The notes under the pieces were generated by a model. It saw only the letters and a program-made list of their open reading frames with translations, made no database searches and was not told the DNA's origin. DNA of 64,000 bases, taken from positions 120,652,001 through 120,716,000 of the forward strand of contig OX597820.1 in assembly GCA_951406725.2 (NCBI GenBank), given 5' to 3'. This DNA is from Octopus vulgaris. Lineage: Eukaryota. Both the position numbers and the translations under genes were made by a program. Shown piece by piece: positions 54,959 to 64,000 of this stretch; the first letter of the stretch is position 1, and every line of letters starts with the position of its first letter.

Positions 54959-55541
54959 GCGCAGGAGTGGCTGTGTGGTAAGTAGCTTGCTAACCAACCA
55001 CAAGGTTCCGGGTTCAGTCCCACTGCGTGGCATCTTGGGTAAGTGTCTTCTGCTATAGCCCCGGGCCGACCACTGCCTTGTGAGTGGATTTGGTAGACGG
55101 AAACTGAAAGAAGCCTGTCGTATATATGTATATTTATATATGTGTGTGTAAATGTGTTTGTGTGTCTGTGTTTGTCCCCCTAGCATTGCTTGACAACCGA
55201 TGCTGGTGTGTTTACGTCCCCGTTACTTAGCGGTTCGGCAAAAGAAACCGATAGAATAAGTACTGGGCTTACAAAGAATAAGTCCTGGGGTCGATTTGCT
55301 CGACTAAAGGCGGTACTCCAGCATGGCCGCAGTCAAATGACTGAAACAAGTAAAAGAGTAAAAGAGTATAGAGTATACATATATACGACAGGTTTCTTTC
55401 AGTTTCCGTCTACCAAATCCACTCACAAGGTATTGGTCGGCCCGGGGCTATAGTAGAAGACACTTGCCCAAGATGCCACGCAGTGGGACTGAACGCGGAA
55501 CCATGTGGTTGGTTAGCAAGCTACTTACCACACAGCCACTC
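54641..55541 (-). mobile_element. SINE family B host copy, interrupted in its internal (TA)n
   Basis: 3' half at 54641-54870 and 5' half at ~55374-55541, both on the minus strand and colinear once the inner copy is removed. Confidence 0.85.
54957..55373 (+). mobile_element. SINE family B, full length, nested antisense
   Basis: Complete consensus copy lying between the two halves of the host. Confidence 0.9.
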
Positions 55542-56014
55542 TCAAATCTTAAAGTTCTGAGTTCTAATAATGCTCAAATCAAATTTGCTTCTTATTATTT
55601 TGGGGCCGATCAATACGTACAAGGTATGATTTGTATGAAATCGATTCCCCACCCACAAACATCTTTTCAGGCTTTCTGCCATTAGCAGAAAGAATTATCA
55701 TTGTGGTTATTCTCAGAAATTCACTATAATAGCACTAGTATAGAAGGTCATTATAATAGCAAAACGTCGCGATAATCACAAATTTTCTGTGACCCGCTAA
55801 AAGGCATTTACCTTTATTCCGAAATTTCTTGTGAGAGCATTTGCAGTTCAGCCCTTTCAAGGAATGTTAACTCTCTGCTTTGTCTGTGAGAGATTACCAG
55901 ACATTCACTTAATTCATTTCCGAAATCTGTTTCAAAACTCTTATCACTCATATACTTACTCATATTCATACAAAACACTAACAGCACACATGCACATACA
56001 CACTTACACACAGG

Positions 56015-56048
<34 letters not shown>

Positions 56049-56059
56049 TATTGTTCTAT

Positions 56060-57460
56060 AAGCAGTATATATGTGTTGATGCGCTACTATTAGTTTCATG
56101 AGTTGAGAGCGAGGCAAACAGTACTTTTAACTCGTCTGTTGTCATAGCAAAATAATCAAGCACTGGCCAAATGGCATAAAGAACTAAAAACGGGACGACG
56201 AGATGAGAGAAAAAGCCTGAAATGATGACAAAGAGGTAGATATAAATGGTGGAAGGTTGAAAAGTCGGAAAACGAAAAACAAAAGATGTAAAACAGGGGA
56301 ATTAGAGTGATTTTCCTTTTCACCAAAAAATATACAGCTGAAAAGACAGTGGCTTAGATACAGTGGTGCATTTGTTCAATTCGGAAGGGTGGTATTTTCG
56401 AATTCCTCAATAGGAATTTAGCCATATGCCATATGCATAATTTTGAATCTGGAATTCAGCAGTGTGTTAGAGAAGATAAATTACTTTATAACCTCTCTAA
56501 TATTAATAGAGATAACAATAACATACCTAAAAAATAGACTTAGGAAAATAATTTGGCTCCTCTCCTTTTCCTTCTGTGTAAAACTTAGATAGGGTAACGG
56601 TTCCTTAGTTTCCTAGACAAATACTTACCAGAAAATCACAGGTAAAGGAACATATTTAACAAACGCTAAGTGAAATTATCATATAGCTCCTGTCCCGTTA
56701 TCAAAAGCATCATTACGTGAGAACTACACCAAGTGCCCACTCCGAGTTTTATCTGTTGTGGCCCAGTAACATGTGCGCTCGATAAATGATGCATGATTAC
56801 AACCGTCATATATAAGGCAGAAGTAGCAGCAACGCTAGATGATAACACAACCTATGAGAAGAGCTAGATTAGACTATGTGAAGGAGAGTTCAAAAATCGC
56901 TATGCTAATCACATGTCCCCCTTTCAACAGAGGGACAAAAGTAAGGCTACTACGTTGGCGATCCGTGTATAGGGTTTAAATTCGAATGCCACAGCACATA
57001 CGATAAAGTGGAAAATAGTCTAAAATCCACACCATATATTAAATTAGGAACTTAGATCCTTTCCATATGTTAACGAAGGAACTCAGATCCTCTTCAGATA
57101 TAAGAACTCTAACACACTGCTGAATTCTATATCTGAAATTTTCTGCCGATGTCAGCATATAGCTAAGCTCCTGTTGACGAACTGGGAAGCTTCAGCCATA
57201 TATTTTACGGAGTAAGGTGAAATAACATAGAATCCCCACTATAGTTTCTTGTCAACCTTCCACCGTTTATATCTACTTGATTGTCCTCTTTTCTCGCTTT
57301 TTCTCTCATCCTATCATTGCGGTTTTAGTCTGTAATGCCATGTGGGCTGTGACTGGGGATTGTTCAAGGACACCAGACCTGTTAGAAAATCCTGTCTGGC
57401 TTGCCCTCATCACACAATACTAAGAGTAACGCACAAAAACATATATTGTGTTTATTAAAT
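56060..57460 (+). mobile_element. Penelope-like element with decayed GIY-YIG domain and inverted 5' pseudo-LTR
   Basis: ~56740-57190: CALDK*CMITTVIYKAEV...*IRLCEGEFKNRYANH...TTLA...IKWKI...LLNSISEIFCRCQH. 56233-56260 is the reverse complement of ~57252-57279 and the similarity extends outward. Confidence 0.78.
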
Positions 57461-57601
57461 AATATTTATCTCTTACCAGTTACAGTAGATTGTGGTTGAT
57501 CTTAACATCACGGAACTATATATATGGGTGTTTGTATATGTGTGTGGGTGTACGCACGTATGTGTGCCTGTGTGCGCATATGTGTGCATGGAATGTATAT
57601 A

Positions 57602-58697
57602 CACTGGCCAAAATAAGTTTAAAACCGATGATGACAGTTCTGTTTCTTCATTAATATATTTAAAAAAAACGGAGTAAAATTATTTTACTTATTACAGTTT
57701 ATGTAGAATTTCTTCCTCTTTCGAATGATGTAGGCGTTATATATCTTTCTACAATTTCAATAATTTTGATGTGCAATTCAAATGATTAGAAATTGTCGGC
57801 AAAATAAGTTTAAGACCGTACCAAAATTATGCAAGAGTCGTAATATCTGCCCAGTTAGTGGATCCAAGATTGTTTTGCTTCATCAGCAAAATGTGTCTTT
57901 CATGAACATTAGCAAGCAATTAGGATGCAGGAAAATGATTTGTGTTCGAGCATGGAAGCTTTACCAAGCCATTGGATAATAGAAAGATTGGCAAAGAACG
58001 GGCGTTCCGAGAAAAACAACAGTACAGATGGCTCGGCGAATTCATAGACTCTCGGAAAGTAACCGAGTGCTAAAATCAGTGGACATTTGCAAACTGAACG
58101 GTGTAGGCTATCAGCAATTAGTAACAGAAAATGTACTGCCATATTTAAAAAATCAGATGCCACCGGGATCTATTTTCCAGGGGCCCCGGTCATAAAGCTG
58201 GTGGTTATTGAGTGACCTTTGCAGAGCTCAGATTTGAATCTGATAGAAAATATATGGAATTATGTTTCTAAAAGAGTTCATGCTAAAAAAGAACAAGAGA
58301 TTTGCCCCTATTATTTTATTTTATTAAGGAAATATGACAGAACATTCCAAATGTTTATCATGCTCTTTTGTCGAACTACATGTCCCGCCGTTGTAAAGCC
58401 GTAATTGAAAATAATGGCTACGGAACTAGACACTAGCAATGAATTTTTGTTTGTTAATCATTTGTGCCGTTAAGTGTCAATTAAAACAAAGCATGTCGTT
58501 GGTACGCTCTTACACTTACTTTGCCGACAATTTTTAATCACTTGAATTAATTGCGCATTAAAATTATTCAAATTGTAATTCTACATAAACTGTAAAAAGT
58601 AAAATAATTTTAAAATTATTTTAAACAGTTTTGTTTAAAATAATTTAATACAGGAGTAGAACTGTCATCATCGGTCTTAAACTTATTTTGGCTAGTG
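57602..58697 (+). mobile_element. Tc1-family (DD34E) element with ~200-220-bp IR/DR terminal repeats, internally deleted
   Basis: TA TSD; TIRs 57602-57823 and 58499-58697; direct repeat GGC(C)AAAATAAGTTTAA(A/G)ACCG at both ends of the TIR; HTH remnant KIVLLHQQ..SFMNISKQLG and *PLQSSDLNLIENIW. Confidence 0.9.
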
Positions 58698-59072
58698 TAT
58701 ATATATAGGCAGATTGAAAAGATTAGGTTGAGTGGTAGTAATTGGAAGATTATTTTTACCTTTAAATGCAATCTGTAAATTTGTTCCAGTTATCATAATC
58801 TCTTCGTTAATCTTTAATTAATCGCGTGACATATCGATCAAATAACCTTCATATCACAGATTACGATACTTAGAAATAATATTAAAGCACATCAAGAAAA
58901 CCAGGACATTGAACATTTTAAGAAAACGGTCGCCATACATACATAACACATACATACTATACATAACACAAATACATAATACATACATACCATACATAAC
59001 ATAAATACATACATAAATACGTACACACATGAACAAGCACACACACACACAAACACATATATATGTATTTTT

Positions 59073-59213
59073 GAGGTCGACTTTGCCTTTCATCCTTTCG
59101 GGGTCGATAAATTAAGTACCAGTTATGCACTGGAATCGATGTAATCGACTTAATCCGTTTGTCTGTCCTTGTTTGCCCCTCTGTGTTTAGCTCCTTGTGG
59201 GTAGTAAAGAAAT
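59073..59213 (+). mobile_element. SINE family A, 5'-truncated
   Basis: Begins at GAGGTCGACTTTGCC and matches the family A 3' half. Confidence 0.88.
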
Positions 59214-59216
59214 ATA

Positions 59217-59640
59217 TTGTATTGGCATCCTTTCTGTCTCGGGAGACAATGGAGTTGCGCATTTTTTTTTTTTTTCTAGGTCTAGTCCGGCTGTTATATT
59301 TTATTTCCTGTTACATTTCTTGCTGTTGCTGTGTAGTCCTATCCTGGACAAACACTCCCTCTGGCAGGTACTGCAAATGTAGCGAAGACTGTTCCTGGCT
59401 GGTTGTAGTGCCATGGTCTCTTGTTTATGTCTCTTCCTTTCTTTCCATTTCTCCTCTCTCTTTCTGTCACTCCTCTGTATACCCTCTTTTACTGTACGTC
59501 GCCATTCTCCACGGTTGCCGGCGACTGCCTCCCAACCGCTAATGTTGATGTTGGAGGCCTTCATATCCCTTTTGCAAACATCCTTGTAACGTAGGATCGG
59601 TCTACCCACAGACCTAGTACCCCTAGCAAGCTCTCCGTAT
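59217..59640 (-). mobile_element. RTE-clade LINE 3' fragment
   Basis: YGELARGTRSVGRPILRYKDVCKRDMK...W...A.NR..WR...YICSTCQRECLSRIGLHS, an RTE C-terminus with zinc-knuckle; 3' hairpin TGTCTCCCGAGACA. Confidence 0.9.
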
Positions 59641-60527
59641 ATATATTTACATACGCATATACATATATGCACCTATAGATAAAGGAATTTATTGTGTGTT
59701 GTTTGTTTCCGTTCTTTACACCACTGACCGTTCATTCTCCGTTTATTTTGAAACAACATGAAAGAGGACGAAGCAGAGGTAGCGAACCTTTGCTTCCTAT
59801 CTGGCATCTATTACCAACTGACTATTTTGGTTTTGCCATTTCGGGACAAATGCGATCGTAGCGTCTACTTATTTTATCTTCTTGCGGAAGGAACATGTTC
59901 GAATTAGTTTACAACAACAGCTAAATGAAATTGTTACTCTAATGGGATTATGATGATCCACCAATTCTGTGAGGTTCCTAAAATCTCCAGCATTTTCTTG
60001 AAAGTGAACGACAATGGATGTTACATGTGAGACTAGTTTTGGGAAAGAGGTAGTCCTGGGTCAAGCAAAGACCGTGAGAAGGCGTTCGGCACTGAGAACA
60101 CCCACAAGTGCTGACAGCTTTCCACAAGTCGAGTGATGCGTTCGATGGAAGTGTCACTTCGTCGTTTTGTAGGTTGTTTGTGACGCGTAAATGCGATGAC
60201 ATGCTTATTAATTGAGAAGAACCTGCAGTGTTATGCTTTCAAAAGTGGAGCTTTGCAATCGGATTGCATGCGGAAACATTCATATATATATTTTTAAACA
60301 CAACAAATATATTTGATATTTATAATATACAGAATAAAATATGAAATCCGGTCGAACAAAATACGAATTTACATGAATCAATCAACGAAATAGTCTACTA
60401 CAGATTTGAAGGCGAAAATGTATTTGAATTATATAAGGAAGAGTATATTTATTTTGATGAAAGAAATTTATATATTGCTGTAGTGATGACGGTTCAAGTA
60501 CCGGTATGTACACATGTAAGTATTTAA

Positions 60528-60570
<43 letters not shown>

Positions 60571-60720
60571 GTCAAAATAAGGGTGATCAAATTGGATATT
60601 TATTTAATAACACCAATTTAAACACCAAGTGGCCTAGCGTATAAAAGAATTAGTGGTGGATTCCTTTGCGGATCTATATCTCGCGTAAGAGCGTCCACAG
60701 AGTGGATTCTCTCTTATAGT

Positions 60721-60799
<79 letters not shown>

Positions 60800-60839
60800 A
60801 TATATGTGGATATATACTTATATAAGTATATGTTTGTAC

Positions 60840-60870
<31 letters not shown>

Positions 60871-61004
60871 TATCTACACACACACATACACGCACACGCA
60901 CATATATATACATGCACATATATACTTTCATATGTGCATGCGTGTATATGTTTATTTACATTAGTGTATGTAAATATATGAGTGTATGTGTATGCATGTA
61001 TATA

Positions 61005-61048
<44 letters not shown>

Positions 61049-61337
61049 GTGTGTGTATTTGTTTGTTTGTAAACGGATTTCACGTATGTATGCGTGTGTG
61101 TGTGTGTGTGTGTTTGAGTGTAACTCGTGTATTGCTATTACAAAATGAATCACTCTCAAAATTCGCAAATTAAATTTATTAGATTTATTTAGAACTTTGT
61201 TCAGTGTTGATTCAATCAAATCCCATAGTGTGACCTTTAGGTTTCCTTTGGGTTAATACAACGAACTTGTCCGGTGTGTAGGGGGCGTAGAAGACTGAAG
61301 AGACATGGAGATAAAAGTAAACTTACAGAGAGAGAGA

Positions 61338-61378
<41 letters not shown>

Positions 61379-62256
61379 ATTAGACCCTGGTCGATTTGGA
61401 GTTGAGATTCTATGTGAAGAATGTGTTTTATTCTCTAGTATGCTTCCTGATAGTGAAAAATAAATTAAAACGGATATCAAATTAGAAATATATCATAAAC
61501 ACAGACACGGAAGATTGGAAAGTCACACACATACACATACACGCACAGGCACACACACACATACACTCAAACACACACATAGTCGAGCGCACACACTCTC
61601 ACACGGAGCTAAACACAAATATCACCCAATACAAACACGCCTCAACACAAACTCACACAAGCGTACACATACACACACACACACACACACACTTAACACA
61701 TACTGATGCTGACATAAATAAACAGAGGCGGATATTGACAAATAATCAAAGTATTGCTTACTCATATATATATATATTAACTACGATGTGTTAATAGGTG
61801 TGTTTGTATGTCTTTGTGTATATAGTAGCAAATGTACGTGTGTGTGTGTGTGCCAGTGTGTGCGTGTGTAAGCACTATATGTTCGAATGGCACAGGAGAA
61901 CTCTGAAAACAAATATGTGCCACGCTCCATCCCACTAAGTGCCGTCTTAGGCGTGTGCCATTTTCAAGAGTTTCGTATGTCCAATGCAGTTTGCATGCTA
62001 CTAGAGAAACGAAAATTGTTTAGAATCTCTCCAGGTCGATATTGGCCGGAATCTAAATAGTAAAGACTTCATACACATCTACACATCGTGGGACACATTT
62101 TGAACCCCAGACTTATATTCTTTGTCCATCTATATATCTAAAGTGCAGCCCTTTATCAGTCAATGCAGATGCAATTTATCTACTTGAGGGAAAATTTAAA
62201 TTATCATCGACAACGGAATGCGTTTATTAGTGTGTAAATTTATACATACATACACA

Positions 62257-62316
62257 CCGGGCCGACCAAGGCTTGGGAGTGGATTTTAGTAGATAGAAAC
62301 TGAAAGAATCCCCTTG

Positions 62317-62374
<58 letters not shown>

Positions 62375-62587
62375 CGTGTGTGTGTCTGTGTTTGTCCCCC
62401 CAACAACGCTTGACAACCCATGCTGGTGAGTTTATGTCTCTGTAACTTAGCGGTTCGGCAAATGAGACCGATAGAATAAGTACAAGGCTTACAAACAATA
62501 TGTCCTAGGGGCGATTTGCTCGACTAAAGGTGGTGCTCCAGCATGGCCGCAGTCAAATTACTGAAGCAGGTAAAAGAGTAAAAGAAT
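62257..62587 (+). mobile_element. SINE family B, 5'-truncated
   Basis: Starts at CCGGGCCGACCAAGGC and runs to the GTAAAAGAGTAAAAG tail. Confidence 0.85.
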
Positions 62588-62740
62588 ATATATATATATA
62601 TATTTAAATAATGAGGGAGATAAATTTAATATTAATTTAATTAATATCTATTTAAAACCAGTAGCCTAACATACAAAAATCTGAAAAATCAGAGAAAATT
62701 CTAATACATGTGTATATTCAAAGGGCGCCCTTTGAATGTA

Positions 62741-62780
<40 letters not shown>

Positions 62781-63192
62781 TGTATGTATGTATGTATGTA
62801 CGTAGGTATGTGTATGTAAATATGTATGTACATATGCAGAAAGAGAGAGAGAGTGACTGAATGAGTAAGAGGGAGATAGGTTGATGGAGAGAAAGTCTGA
62901 GAGACGAAATATGCTGCCACACGTACCAATGATGTAGAGAGTTGAAGAACATTGATTTTCATTAGTATTGATATAGATAACAGGCCTCACATTTGCGCAA
63001 ATGTAAGCTTTGGGAATCTCGGTTCGGTGACGTGGAGCCGTGCTGCAAACGGAATCGATCCTGAAACGATGCCGCTGCAATTTCCATTTCTTTCTTACTT
63101 ATTCTTATAACGTGTCTAAAAGTCACGAGCCATTCGCGTGTATGCATGCATGCTTCGTGTTAATGAAACCATACATACATATATGTATACAA

Positions 63193-63426
63193 GGCGGCGT
63201 GCTGGCAGACTCGTTAGCGTGCCGGGCGAAATGCTTAGCGGTATTTCGTCTGTCGTTATGTTCTGAGTTCAAATTCTGCCGAGGTCGACTTTACCTTTCA
63301 TCCTTTCGGGGTCGATAAATACATTACCAGTTTCGCACTGGGGGCGGTCGATGTAATCAACTTAATCCCTTTGTCTGTCCTTCTTTGTCACCTCTATGTT
63401 TAGCCCCTTGTGGGCAATAAAGAAAT
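63193..63426 (+). mobile_element. SINE family A, full length, with 13-bp TSD
   Basis: TSD ATATATGTATACA at 63179-63191 and 63427-63439. Confidence 0.9.
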
Positions 63427-63869
63427 ATATATGTATACATAGATACACACACAATCATATATATATATATATACATGTATATGTATGTATATCATTGACG
63501 GAATCAGTATTTATGCCAGAAGGCAATTTTTATATATTACTAAACGTGGATGTACTATTAGCGCACCAAATACTGTGATGTTTGCCTCGAGAAATCTCGT
63601 GGAGACATCAATTGCAGACAAAAATCGTCTGTTCTGGACGTCAGAACTGCTAGATCACATGGTGTTAGCATGCTTTTCTTCTTCAGTTGCAGGTGACTAA
63701 CACCGCATATTAGCCACATGCTACAACCAAAGATATATATTATAAAAGTGGTGTATATACCAGTGTTTGATGTCAAATTAGCAAGCAAAATTATAACGAG
63801 TATTACGTATGATATGCATTCCGAATATGGCTCTCTCTCTCTAAATAATGACCTGAAACACTTCAGGTG

Positions 63870-64000
63870 TTGTTTGTTCCTTCTCGAGCCATGCCTGGCT
63901 CATAACGGCCGGTTTCCCGGTTTCTTGATGCATAGGTTCCCCACCTGGACGGGACGCCAGGCCGTCGCAGGTGAGCTGCAAGATGCAAAAGGAAAGGGTG
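63870..64000 (-). mobile_element. Probable SINE 3' part (V-SINE/Meta-SINE-like block), cut by the window edge
   Basis: Reverse complement contains CCTGCGACGGCCTGGCGTCCCGTCCAGG, resembling the CCTGCGATGGACTGGCGTCCCGTCCAGG block of those SINEs. Confidence 0.5.

Noticed and set aside
56740-57030. Selenocysteine or read-through recoding of in-frame stops in the Penelope endonuclease
   Set aside because: The stops are a mix of TGA, TAG and TAA and the TGA is not at a conserved Cys, so this is ordinary decay.

Overview
Eukaryotic, AT-rich, microsatellite-dense DNA. The repeat repertoire (Nin/Deu-domain and CORE-like tRNA SINEs, (TA)n/(TACA)n tracts, decayed Penelope, R4/Dong, RTE, CR1, Tc1/mariner, hAT and Helitron copies) looks like an octopus/cephalopod intergenic or intronic region; this species call is inference from repeat recognition, not a search. 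I find no intact host protein-coding gene. Most ORF-track entries are translated microsatellites or SINEs, and the recognisable protein-like ones are transposon remnants. The most interesting signals are: (1) a 2-kb, 52-unit 41/28-bp minisatellite with higher-order structure that appears to have grown out of the 5' head of a SINE split by a CR1-like LINE; (2) several unrelated hammerhead-ribozyme-like motifs with palindromic stem III, mostly tied to Penelope-like elements, some arranged as inverted pairs; (3) a SINE nested antisense inside its own family member; (4) a (TAA)n-targeted R4/Dong fragment and an IR/DR-type Tc1 element. All coordinates were read by eye and diverged-repeat ends are approximate.
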